Source: Candidatus Saccharimonadaceae bacterium (GTDB lineage: Bacteria; Patescibacteriota; Saccharimonadia; Saccharimonadales; Saccharimonadaceae). From it: a stretch of DNA of 64,000 nucleotides. Each line of letters starts with the position of its first letter. Positions within the stretch are counted from its first letter, which is position 1. Positions 52,438-61,168 of this stretch are shown here, one piece after another. A program made the position numbers and the translations under genes. The notes beneath the pieces were generated by a model. The model was given only the letters and a program-made list of their open reading frames with translations. It was not told the DNA's origin and searched no databases. The DNA lies in NCBI GenBank assembly GCA_041907345.1, contig JAYRHL010000007.1:31933-95932 (forward strand). Reading direction: 5' to 3'.

Positions 52438-53661
52438 TTATTGCGAACGGTCACCGTAATATTCGGTGAGAAATTTGTTTTTAAATTCGAAAAACGTCCC
52501 GTCGGCAATCGAGGCGCGAATATCGTCAACCAACCGAACAATGAATCGTTCGTTGTGGATCGTCGCCAAGGTTTTGGATAATAATTCATCTGCATTAAAT
52601 AGGTGATGGATATAGGCAGATGTGTAGTGTTCGCACGAATAGCAATCGCAGTCGGCATCAAATGGCGTAAAGTCGTCTTTGTACTGCGCCCGCGTGATAT
52701 TGATGCGGCCGCGGCGGGTATACATCGCACCATTGCGTGCGACACGGGCAGGGGATACACAGTCAAATGTATCAGCGCCGTTTTCGATACAAGCAAAGAT
52801 ATCGTCCGGTTCGCTGATGCCGAGCATATGGCGCGGTTTGTCGTCCGGAAGTTCTTCGTTCATCCAACGGACGATGTCGCCGATGTTTTCTTTGCGCAGG
52901 GCACCGCCTAGGCCATAACCGTCAAAATCCATTTCGCCCAAGAATTTAGCGCTTTTGCGACGGAGGTCTTCGTGATCTGCGCCCTGAACCACGCCGAATA
53001 GTGCTTGCGGTGGGCGATGCGATCGTTCAGCGTTCAGGCGTTGATGTTCCGCCAGGCTGCGGACCGCCCATGGGTGAGTGCGTTTATCCAGCGATTCGAT
53101 CTGATAATAATAGTCATGGTGCAGTGTCGTCAGTTCGTCGAAAGCAAACGTGATATCTGCTCCAATACCATGTTGGATCTGCATAGACAGTTCGGGCGTG
53201 AATGTATGCATCGATCCGTCGAGGTGTGATTTGAACCGCACGCCGTCGTCGTCGATCCAGGCCAGTTTTTCTTTTTTGTGGGTCACGTTTTCGGCACGAT
53301 CGCCAGTCATGTCGATGACTTTTTTGAACCCAACGCCCAGAGACATCACCTGGAACCCGCCGCTATCGCTAAATGTCGGACCCTGCCAGTTCATAAACGT
53401 ATGAATACCACCGGCCCGGTCAATCAAATTATGTCCAGGGCGCAGGTATAAATGATACGCGTTGACCAGTGCCGCTTGCGCACCCGTACCTGCCAACTGT
53501 TCGGTCGTAATGCCACGCATTGCTGCGCGCGTGGCAACAGGAATAAACGCCGGGGTCTGAATTGTCCCGTGCGGCGTGGTGATCGTACCAGTACGCGCTA
53601 ATGCGCCGTCCAGGCGGTGGTGAATCTCGAATTCGAGTGCATTTGTCATTGACCGTATCAT
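52438..53661 (-). CDS. tgt: tRNA-guanine transglycosylase
   Basis: TPAFIPVAT, DSGGFQV, zinc site CDCYSCEHYTSAYIHHL. Confidence 0.9.
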   Translation of the reverse strand: MIRSMTNALEFEIHHRLDGALARTGTITTPHGTIQTPAFIPVATRAAMRGITTEQLAGTGAQAALVNAYHLYLRPGHNLIDRAGGIHTFMNWQGPTFSDSGGFQVMSLGVGFKKVIDMTGDRAENVTHKKEKLAWIDDDGVRFKSHLDGSMHTFTPELSMQIQHGIGADITFAFDELTTLHHDYYYQIESLDKRTHPWAVRSLAEHQRLNAERSHRPPQALFGVVQGADHEDLRRKSAKFLGEMDFDGYGLGGALRKENIGDIVRWMNEELPDDKPRHMLGISEPDDIFACIENGADTFDCVSPARVARNGAMYTRRGRINITRAQYKDDFTPFDADCDCYSCEHYTSAYIHHLFNADELLSKTLATIHNERFIVRLVDDIRASIADGTFFEFKNKFLTEYYGDRSQ

Positions 53662-53714
53662 ACCATAATTAACAGAGGTAATAAATGCGCCAGTTGTAAA
53701 AAGTACAAGCAGTA

Positions 53715-53744
53715 TTGACCAGTCCCGATGGACGGGAGCATAAT
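53715..53744 (+). promoter_or_regulatory. Promoter TTGACC-N18-CATAAT
   Basis: TTGACCagtcccgatggacgggagCATAAT. Confidence 0.45.
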
Positions 53745-53750
53745 AATGTT

Positions 53751-53914
53751 AGTCATGTGAGTACTGGGCGACCTTTCCACCCGCAGACTTTATATACAAT
53801 CGCCGTTACCAAACGGTTCACTAACTACAAAAGCGTTACGACGGGTCATGCGGTAGAATCTGTCAGCCAATGTAGTTCCCCAATAAAATCCGCAACTGGC
53901 CACTGCCGGTTTTT
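53751..53914 (+). promoter_or_regulatory. About 160-nt leader ending in an intrinsic terminator (candidate attenuator/riboswitch or sRNA)
   Basis: The terminator is CTGGC cact GCCGG followed by TTTTT (53896-53914), 43 nt before the ATG at 53957. Possible crossing helices lie at 53781-89/53846-55 and 53823-29/53871-77. Confidence 0.3.
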
Positions 53915-53956
53915 CACTAATTTCAAATGATTTTTATCCAAAAGGGGAATAAGGAA

Positions 53957-54202
53957 ATGACTACTCAAATCAACGTACCTGTAACAATACTGAGCATGGG
54001 ATTCGGCCGCGACCTCCGCGCGATTCCACGCACAATGGAATACCAGGGTCGACACATCGACTTTATCGGCGGCGGACTGCGAACAACTGTCAAAAAAGGC
54101 AATCAATTTTTGCAGATCCTCGCAATGAGCGACGGATTCCGCACGTTCCATTTGCGCAGCGACAACCGCGGTGGCACGTGGACTTTGGTCGGCATCAATT
54201 AG
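53957..54202 (+). CDS. Small hypothetical protein (81 aa)
   Basis: AAGGGGAATAAGGAA SD region before the ATG at residue 11. Confidence 0.5.
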   Translation: MTTQINVPVTILSMGFGRDLRAIPRTMEYQGRHIDFIGGGLRTTVKKGNQFLQILAMSDGFRTFHLRSDNRGGTWTLVGIN

Positions 54203-54220
54203 TCATCGCCAAAGAAAAGA

Positions 54221-54260
54221 GTGTGCGGACGGGACAGAATCAACTGTCCCGGCCGCACAC
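54221..54260. terminator. Bidirectional long hairpin
   Basis: GTGTGCGG..GGGACAG/CTGTCCC..CCGCACAC. Confidence 0.6.
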
Positions 54261-54266
54261 TTTGAT

Positions 54267-54461
54267 TTAGGGGCGCCGCGGTGGCGTTAGGCCGAACAGT
54301 CTGGCATGCAGACGACGACGGCGCACCTTGAGTGTGTACAGTGGGCGCGATGCAATGATGCGATCGACCACATTCGATGCCGCTAGGACGACCTTGGCGC
54401 CGTTGTTCATACACGTATCAACGACGATGCGGCCGATGTCCTTTACCGCCGGTAACGACAT
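54267..54461 (-). CDS. Small protein with Arg-rich tail (64 aa)
   Basis: GAAGGGA SD. TATAGT promoter at about 54506-54511. Confidence 0.4.
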   Translation of the reverse strand: MSLPAVKDIGRIVVDTCMNNGAKVVLAASNVVDRIIASRPLYTLKVRRRRLHARLFGLTPPRRP

Positions 54462-54594
54462 GATTCATTGTCCCTTCATAGTCCGAAATGAATACGAATA
54501 CTATAACCTATATGCTTTATCCGGTCAAGAATTCGGCCTACAGATGACCACCTCTATTGCAAAAAGGCCGATTTGAGTATATTATAATCCCACT

Positions 54595-55638
54595 ATGAGT
54601 GAGCATCTGCCGACAGCAGCAAATGATAACGACGACGCCAAAATCGTTGAGGCGGCATTTACTGCGGCGCTGTCACGCCCTGAAAATCCTATCAACAACG
54701 CACACAAAGATGCACTTGCTGCCGAAGAATATCTCAACGAGTACCTTGAATCTGTTGATCCAGAAGAAGATTCCGCTGAAATTAGTGAAACGATCGCCGA
54801 TGTCGTGAACGAACTCGACAGAACGTGTGGCCACATGGGTGATGAGATCGTCGTGACGGGTCTGATCAAAATGCGCACCCTCGATCATCGTCAGGTCGAC
54901 GGTGATACCAAATCCATTACCAAAGATGTCTATGATGATGTTTGGACACCCGTCGAACGGCGTGTTGCGACATCACTGGGTTATTTCGCACAGAAATCAG
55001 ATGTCGAAGGCAAACTAGCCAACATCTACCATGGTGCCGAAACAAAAATTGAATCGATTTTTTATAGCAGCACATTCGGTTCTGTATATACATCAAAACG
55101 TCTGTTCATCCCGATTGATGGCACCGCAGATGCTGAATTGCAATACGCACCCCGCAGCACTAATTTTGAACTGTTAGATTATTATCTGGGAGAAGAAATG
55201 ATGTACCAGATTGATGACGCACTGCACAACAAAGAATCACTCAACGACACGCTGCACAGCCTGGGCAAAATTGACCTCAAAAAAGCCGCCGCAGTCACCG
55301 TCGACCCTGACGTCCGATTCGCTCTGATTGATTACGTTAATCACACGCTGGATCTAAAACAAGAAATTCCCTATGAAATCAGTGGCGCATCATTCGTTGA
55401 TTATGACGATGACGAGGGCAATCCGGTGTTCTGCCGATTGAACCCCAAAATTGCCATGACCGGCCATCTTGACGGCATTGGAATCGACCTCGAATCCAAC
55501 CGTTTCCGCCTGGTTGCTTCGATGCCATTTAGCGACGACACCGTCCAAAATGTATCGTACCGAATCACCCCACGACTATCAGTCCAACGACACAAGTCTT
55601 TTGTGTTCAGTACCACTGCTAAATTACGTGTTCAATAA
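54595..55638 (+). CDS. Acidic hypothetical protein (347 aa)
   Basis: TATAAT lies 6 nt upstream of the ATG. Confidence 0.55.
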   Translation: MSEHLPTAANDNDDAKIVEAAFTAALSRPENPINNAHKDALAAEEYLNEYLESVDPEEDSAEISETIADVVNELDRTCGHMGDEIVVTGLIKMRTLDHRQVDGDTKSITKDVYDDVWTPVERRVATSLGYFAQKSDVEGKLANIYHGAETKIESIFYSSTFGSVYTSKRLFIPIDGTADAELQYAPRSTNFELLDYYLGEEMMYQIDDALHNKESLNDTLHSLGKIDLKKAAAVTVDPDVRFALIDYVNHTLDLKQEIPYEISGASFVDYDDDEGNPVFCRLNPKIAMTGHLDGIGIDLESNRFRLVASMPFSDDTVQNVSYRITPRLSVQRHKSFVFSTTAKLRVQ

Positions 55639-55674
55639 TTGCCAAATGAAAGTTTGCGCGCTATAGTTATTTGT

Positions 55675-56007
55675 ATGAAAACCGCTCAGGAAACAATCGG
55701 TTGTGTTGGAAGTGCCACGGCGATACTTGGAAACAAGTGGACGCCGTTATTGCTGCGTGCATTTTTAAACCAAGAAACCGTGCGGTTTTGCCAAATGCAG
55801 GAACTCGTTGGGGGCATCAATCCTCGCACCCTTTGTTCTCGTTTAGAGCAATTGGAATCCGAAGGTATCATACGCAAAACTCAGTCCGACGAAGGATCTC
55901 GTAGCGTATACCAGCTGACAAAAAAAGGCAGTGATCTTTTGCCAGTTCTGCAGACTATGCAGGAATGGAGCAGCAAATACCCGACACTACAGCCAAAAAA
56001 GGCCTAA
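55675..56007 (+). CDS. HxlR-family winged-helix transcriptional regulator
   Basis: ILGNKWTPLLLRAF...RFCQMQELVGGINPRTLCSRLEQLESEGII. Confidence 0.8.
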   Translation: MKTAQETIGCVGSATAILGNKWTPLLLRAFLNQETVRFCQMQELVGGINPRTLCSRLEQLESEGIIRKTQSDEGSRSVYQLTKKGSDLLPVLQTMQEWSSKYPTLQPKKA

Positions 56008-56083
56008 TATCTCATCTGAAAATCCGGACTGAGAGTGGGCTTTCTAACAGCTTTTTATAAGCTAACGGGAGTATCATAGATAT

Positions 56084-56755
56084 ATGAGAGTATTAGTTGT
56101 TGAAGATGAGCACAAAATAGCACGCGCCGTTGCCCGGGCTTTAGAACAGGAAAATTACGCTGTTGACGTCGCCTATGATGGCGATGAAGGTTTTGCTATG
56201 GCAACAACAGAACCATACGATGTCGCAATCATTGACCGTATGATCCCTGGTGGTCATGACGGTATTGGTATCGTTACCGCAATGCGCGATGCCAAAATTC
56301 ACACGCCAGTATTATTATTGACCGCACTAGGTACAACCGCCGACAAAACGCGTGGACTCGACAGTGGTGCTGATGATTATTTAGTCAAACCATTCGCCCT
56401 TGCCGAACTGTTAGCGCGCGTCCGTGCATTATTGCGACGTCCGCCAGAACAACAGGGAACAGTGTTAAAAGCAGATGATCTGGAACTGGACACGACGACA
56501 TTCCGCGTTACCCGCGGCGGCAAAGAAATCAACCTAACGAGTAAAGAATTCGCGCTACTGGAATATCTCCTGCGCAATCAGGGACGACCATCGAGCAAAG
56601 AAACAATCGTCGCCCATGTTTGGGACTACGATGCAGATATTCTTCTGAATACCGTGGAAGTCTACGTGAAATACCTCCGCGCCAAAGTCGACGAACCATT
56701 CGACAAACAGCTCATCAAAACCGTACGCGGATTTGGCTACAAAATCGAAGCCTAG
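56084..56755 (+). CDS. OmpR-family response regulator
   Basis: Receiver domain (VLVVEDE, DVAIIDRMIP, LLLTA, KPF) plus a winged-helix C-terminus (VRGFGYKI). Confidence 0.9.
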   Translation: MRVLVVEDEHKIARAVARALEQENYAVDVAYDGDEGFAMATTEPYDVAIIDRMIPGGHDGIGIVTAMRDAKIHTPVLLLTALGTTADKTRGLDSGADDYLVKPFALAELLARVRALLRRPPEQQGTVLKADDLELDTTTFRVTRGGKEINLTSKEFALLEYLLRNQGRPSSKETIVAHVWDYDADILLNTVEVYVKYLRAKVDEPFDKQLIKTVRGFGYKIEA

Positions 56756-56809
56756 TATTCGCCACCTGTCACTCAGGGCATTATAAGGTGTTACACTTAC
56801 ACTAGAACT

Positions 56810-57808
56810 ATGTTTCATTCAGCAACACTCAAATTGACTGGCTGGTATCTATTGATTCTCATGAGTATCAGTCTGATTTTTAGTGCTGCAATCTATAAAG
56901 TCACCACCGACGAACTAGGGAACCGCCTGGGCGAGTTCCAGGAGCGGTTCGAACAGCCGGATATGGCACCATATACTTCGCCGAACCATCGGCTGTTTTC
57001 ATCGTTCCGCAACGACCAGCGATCATCAGCAGACCGTAATATTCTGTTCACACTCGTATACGTCAACGCATTGATATTTCTGGGTGGCGGTGCGCTGAGT
57101 TATTTGCTGGCTCGACGTACTCTCGGACAAATAGAACAGGCACACGAGCAGCAATCACGATTTACGAGTGATGCCAGCCACGAACTTCGCACACCACTAG
57201 CGGCAATGAAAACCGAGCTAGAGCTGGCACTCCATGACCCGAATATCACCAAAGCTGAAATGCAAGAACTTCTCAAAAGTAATTTAGAGGAAGTCGATCG
57301 ACTCACCACACTATCGACGACGCTGTTGCAGTTATCACGTATGGACTATAGCAACATCGAGTTCGAACGAGTTGATGCAAATGTCGTTGCAGAAGAAGTC
57401 ATCCAACGCTATGACAAAAATGCGAATCGCATCGTTTTGCAGCTGCCGAAAACATCGACATACATCAAAGCCAACCAATCGAGTATCGAAGAGTTGTTTA
57501 CCATTCTGGTTGATAATGCACTCAAATACAGTCCAGCCAACGACAAGATCCAGACCGAAATCACTGTCCGCGGACGCCAGGCGCAGTTTTCGATTAGTAA
57601 CGGCGGCAAAGGAATCCCTGCCGACAAACTGCCACGTATATTCGATCGATTTTATCGCGCAGATGAATCCCGCAGCCAGGGCGGTGCAGGTCTAGGACTG
57701 GCGCTTGCCAAGGAAATTGTTGAGCTGCATCGTGGCGAATTGCTTGTGACAAGCACCGATTCAAAAACAACATTTCGTGTTGTTTTGCCGCTCTTTCGCA
57801 AAAACTAG
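56810..57808 (+). CDS. Sensor histidine kinase (HisKA + HATPase_c)
   Basis: H-box FTSDASHELRTPL, N-box DNALKYS, G-box GGAGLGLALAKEIV. Confidence 0.88.
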   Translation: MFHSATLKLTGWYLLILMSISLIFSAAIYKVTTDELGNRLGEFQERFEQPDMAPYTSPNHRLFSSFRNDQRSSADRNILFTLVYVNALIFLGGGALSYLLARRTLGQIEQAHEQQSRFTSDASHELRTPLAAMKTELELALHDPNITKAEMQELLKSNLEEVDRLTTLSTTLLQLSRMDYSNIEFERVDANVVAEEVIQRYDKNANRIVLQLPKTSTYIKANQSSIEELFTILVDNALKYSPANDKIQTEITVRGRQAQFSISNGGKGIPADKLPRIFDRFYRADESRSQGGAGLGLALAKEIVELHRGELLVTSTDSKTTFRVVLPLFRKN

Positions 57809-58029
57809 TCTCCGCCCATTTTGACCTGATTTTGGGGTTTTGGTATGGAAATTACTACATGATTTTTGGTAAAAAATTGGATATTTCACCCCTGTTAACT
57901 AATCTAAATCATAGTATTAAATCATAAAAAACAAAGATTGTTAAATAATTCACTGTTTTCTAAGCTAGGCTGTATAAACTAGACAACATAACCGGCGCAA
58001 AAACCGGTACAAATAGCAACTAAGGAGGG

Positions 58030-58506
58030 ATGACAGAAATGGAAACCACCGAAACAATTTACTTAAGCAAGAAGGGTCTCAAGGAACTAAAAAAGGCTGT
58101 AGCACAGCTAGAAAGAGACCGACACAAAACAATTATCGACCTGCACGAACAGGACAAAACCGATAACCATGACGAGCGTTACGCACGTATTGAAAAGCTC
58201 GCGCAACTCGACGCAATCGAATCAGAGCTGGACGAAAAGCGCGAACTGCTCATGAACGCAAAACCATATCCAAAGACGAGCAAGCTAGAGACTCTTGCCG
58301 TTACGATTGGATCGGTCGTTGAATTGATCGACAAAAGCGGACGCAAATACGTCTATACTATCGTCAATTCAGTCGAAGCAAACCCAAGTGATGGACGTAT
58401 CAGTTTCAAGAGCCCTCTAGGCCAGAACCTGCTCGGTAAATCACTCAAAGACACGGTGAATTGGGGCGGCGGCAAAACCGAACTTCGCCTGGTTCGCATT
58501 TCGTAA
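58030..58506 (+). CDS. greA: Transcription elongation factor GreA family
   Basis: N-terminal coiled coil and C-terminal GSVVEL...ISFKSPLGQNLLGKSLKDTV. Confidence 0.8.
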   Translation: MTEMETTETIYLSKKGLKELKKAVAQLERDRHKTIIDLHEQDKTDNHDERYARIEKLAQLDAIESELDEKRELLMNAKPYPKTSKLETLAVTIGSVVELIDKSGRKYVYTIVNSVEANPSDGRISFKSPLGQNLLGKSLKDTVNWGGGKTELRLVRIS

Positions 58507-58528
58507 AAAAACAGTTATTCCTCCACAT

Positions 58529-58560
58529 AATAACTCCGCCGATTGGCGGAGTTATTATTT
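58529..58560 (+). terminator. Intrinsic terminator
   Basis: AATAACTCCGCC/GGCGGAGTTATT 12-bp stem. Confidence 0.6.
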
Positions 58561-58612
58561 ATCTTGCTAATGCTGAGGATCGGGATTATAGTTATCTCAC
58601 TAGGTACGCATT

Positions 58613-59389
58613 GTGAGTGAGATTTACGAACAATCAAACACACCCAACTATCACGAGAGTATTGCTCCCGAGTCGCGGTTCGTGCGGATTGCGAATGCAA
58701 TCATCGAGAAATCTGGCGAACAGATAGGGGCAAACCCGAACAACAAGGCATTCGTCTGGCCCAACAAACCCGAAGGTTATTACTACAAAGTACAGGTCGT
58801 CGTCACATTAGGTATTTGGGGACAGCCATCATTCGTATTTTCTCTCGAACATCATATAACCGAATTACCAGACGGGCGTCCGTTGGTACGCTATGCCGTC
58901 ACATCGGAAAACGGCAAAACATCGTCCATTGGTGTCTATGATGCAAATGGCAAACCCAAAGAACTCAGCAAAGAAGACCGACATATCGCCACTATCCATG
59001 CGTTGGACATACTGACGCAGGCCGCGCCCAGAGAAGCGCAGGAAATATTTGATGATGTCGTTGATTATCGATTCAAGGGCATCGTGGGCAGTTATGTACT
59101 CAGTAAATACGCAGTCGAAGGCACAGCGGAGCTAATGGATGAATTCGGTGCCATGATGGCCGCCGAAGAACATGCTCGACGCGTCCAAGAAATCGAATCA
59201 AAAGTACTGACAAAAAGTAGCAAACACGATAGTCCCGCCAAACATGAAACTATCGCCGAAGCCGTCGCCACTCGACGTACCAAAACTGACAAAAATAACT
59301 ACACACCCGTCGATGTCCATGCCGCGACCGATCGCGTATTTCGAATGATTGGCCCCAAGTGGCGATACCATGTACGAGACGACCAATAA
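58613..59389 (+). CDS. Hypothetical protein (258 aa)
   Basis: ORF only (GTG start). Confidence 0.5.
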   Translation: MSEIYEQSNTPNYHESIAPESRFVRIANAIIEKSGEQIGANPNNKAFVWPNKPEGYYYKVQVVVTLGIWGQPSFVFSLEHHITELPDGRPLVRYAVTSENGKTSSIGVYDANGKPKELSKEDRHIATIHALDILTQAAPREAQEIFDDVVDYRFKGIVGSYVLSKYAVEGTAELMDEFGAMMAAEEHARRVQEIESKVLTKSSKHDSPAKHETIAEAVATRRTKTDKNNYTPVDVHAATDRVFRMIGPKWRYHVRDDQ

Positions 59390-59437
59390 ACACTGTGATA
59401 CTATTGAATTACACTACTAACGATAGAGGTACGGTAT

Positions 59438-60118
59438 ATGAGTGCAATTGGCAGTATAGTAGGGATTCAAGAGGGCATCGAAGCAGGACTGGTAACCGGA
59501 GGTCTCTCGACCGCCGAAAAGAACCAATCTCGTAAATTAATCGCATTAGGACTGGGCGCGACAGCCGCCGGTGTCGCGTTGGGCCACACCGTCGGCGAAA
59601 GCGCACTCGAGGCAATCGACCAATACATTGGTGATGGCGGGGTCGGGTTCCTGCCGGCACTTGCTATTGGCGGTACAGTCATGTGGCATAACATGCGCAG
59701 CAAACCACCTCAGAAATCTATGGAAAAACTCGAAACGCGCCTACCAATTGTTATCGGTGCTGGATTCGCCGCATTCGAAGGTACCGAATCAGGTATTCTG
59801 ACATCCGCAACACAGACAGGACTATTGTCTGCGGAAACAGTCACGCTCGCATCCGCCGCTGCTGCTGTTGCGCTGTTCGCCGGTGCCAAGAAATTCGCCG
59901 GAAAAGTATCGCCGAAAAACGCCCTCCGTTATGCACGCGGGGTCGCCCTCGTACCAGCCGCCTATATTGGTGCCAAAGCCGCGCCTGAATTACTCGAAGA
60001 ACCAAAGGTTGCCGGTGTAGCTATCGCCGCACTGGGCACCGTCGCCATGGCTGGGGCAGTGAAAAGCTTTTTCAAACGAAAACCAGCAGCCGAATCAGAG
60101 CCGCAAGCCACTGAATAA
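59438..60118 (+). CDS. Gly/Ala-rich membrane protein (226 aa)
   Basis: ORF with several G/A-rich hydrophobic spans. Confidence 0.5.
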   Translation: MSAIGSIVGIQEGIEAGLVTGGLSTAEKNQSRKLIALGLGATAAGVALGHTVGESALEAIDQYIGDGGVGFLPALAIGGTVMWHNMRSKPPQKSMEKLETRLPIVIGAGFAAFEGTESGILTSATQTGLLSAETVTLASAAAAVALFAGAKKFAGKVSPKNALRYARGVALVPAAYIGAKAAPELLEEPKVAGVAIAALGTVAMAGAVKSFFKRKPAAESEPQATE

Positions 60119-60201
60119 TCATCCGGTAAATAGGTAAGATATAAAAACTCCGTACCTTGCTCTCATGAGAGTAAAGTACGGAGTCATCCGCTGTTGCCAT
60201 T

Positions 60202-60543
60202 TTAGAACAAAATAACTACAGCGTTATCACCACCGACACAACGAACGGCATTGACCGTTGATCCGTTGTTCAGACTTGCAACAAAACCAGGCTGACACTG
60301 CATGGTATATGACATACCTGTGACAGGACTATACGCGACAACGACTGGGCCGACCTGATTCAGATATGCGCTCCTGACATTCTGCGCAAACGGACAGGAC
60401 GTGACGGTCGTCGCGATACCCGCATGCCCGCCGGGGCATACCGCGAACACTTCGTCGGCGTACGCCGATACGGGTAATAACATCGCCGTACCGGTACTAA
60501 ATGCACCCACCGCTGCAGCAATAGCCGCAATTTTTTTATACAT
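60202..60543 (-). CDS. Small secreted Cys-containing protein (113 aa)
   Basis: TAAGGAGG SD before the ATG at residue 128 of ORF 60202..60924. Signal peptide MYKKIAAIAAAVGAFSTGTAMLLPVSAYA. Confidence 0.55.
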   Translation of the reverse strand: MYKKIAAIAAAVGAFSTGTAMLLPVSAYADEVFAVCPGGHAGIATTVTSCPFAQNVRSAYLNQVGPVVVAYSPVTGMSYTMQCQPGFVASLNNGSTVNAVRCVGGDNAVVILF

Positions 60544-60689
60544 ACCTGGCCTCCTTACAAGATAGACAATCCAGGTTATTACTATTGTATGAATTATCTT
60601 CTGCTGCGTCTGTGAGGTAACTGACATGAAGGGTGAGAATCCAGGCATCACTGACAAGAAACAACGAGTCCAACGGACTCGATTTTTCT

Positions 60690-60788
60690 TGGCTGGAATG
60701 GAGGGATTGTATTGTTCAGCATGCTTCTCTTGGCTGGGATGGAGGGTGAAAGTCTTTGAGAACTCATTCCTGGCTGGGATGGAGGGTG
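60690..60788 (-). repeat. Three tandem partial copies of the tRNA-Gln 3' end (18-mers at 60690, 60731, 60771)
   Basis: TGGCTGG(A/G)ATGGAGGG recurs with a 40-41 nt period and equals the last 16-18 nt of the tRNA at 60967-60984. Confidence 0.8.
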
Positions 60789-60923
60789 AGACGTGCCAGC
60801 GGCACGTCGCAAGGCCGGAAACCCGGAGCGTCTTACGACGCCCGAGTTGAGGCGGGCTTGCAGAAAATTCTGAAAGAATTTTACTGTGAGTCGAACCCAG
60901 GCGTTCGAATCCACACCTATACA

Positions 60924-60955
60924 AAAAGTAAAAAGCCCCAGGTCTGTAAACCTAG
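60924..60955 (-). terminator. Strand-specific terminator after tRNA-Gln
   Basis: On the minus strand, CUAGGU uuacag ACCUGG (with a U-G pair) is followed by GGCUUUUUACUUUUU. Confidence 0.5.
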
Positions 60956-60966
60956 AGCATTTTACT

Positions 60967-61041
60967 TGGCTGGGATGGAGGGATTCGAACCCCCGAATGC
61001 CAGGACCAAAACCTGGTGCCTTACCACTTGGCGACATCCCA
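60967..61041 (-). tRNA. tRNA-Gln (anticodon UUG), CCA encoded
   Basis: Manual cloverleaf: acceptor UGGGAUG/CAUCCCA, anticodon stem CCAGG/CCUGG with loop UUUUGGU, T arm GGGGG UUCGAAU CCCUC. Close to E. coli tRNA-Gln. Confidence 0.92.
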
Positions 61042-61168
61042 AAATACAAATGATAGTATACCATATAATCCATTATTCTTGTATCTCTGACGTAGAGCAA
61101 AAAATAATGAATCAAAACTGTTTTTTAGCTTACAGAATTAGCGATGGAGGAGAACTATAATACACGGT

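Noticed and set aside
53751-53914. A possible preQ1 riboswitch, suggested by the divergent tgt gene and an ACTACAAAAG tract.
   Set aside because: The sequence does not fit the preQ1-I hairpin plus A-rich tail geometry or the preQ1-II motif as I remember them. The downstream gene is not a queuosine-related transporter or enzyme.
60690-60788. Three 18-nt direct repeats with 22-23-nt spacers could be read as a mini-CRISPR array.
   Set aside because: The repeat is too short, is identical to the 3' end of the adjacent tRNA-Gln, lacks a palindromic core, and no cas genes are present.
60544-60924. The N-terminal 127 codons of ORF 60202..60924.
   Set aside because: This part reads straight through the tRNA-3'-end repeats and hairpin region. 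A TAAGGAGG SD and a clean signal peptide mark the real start at 60543.
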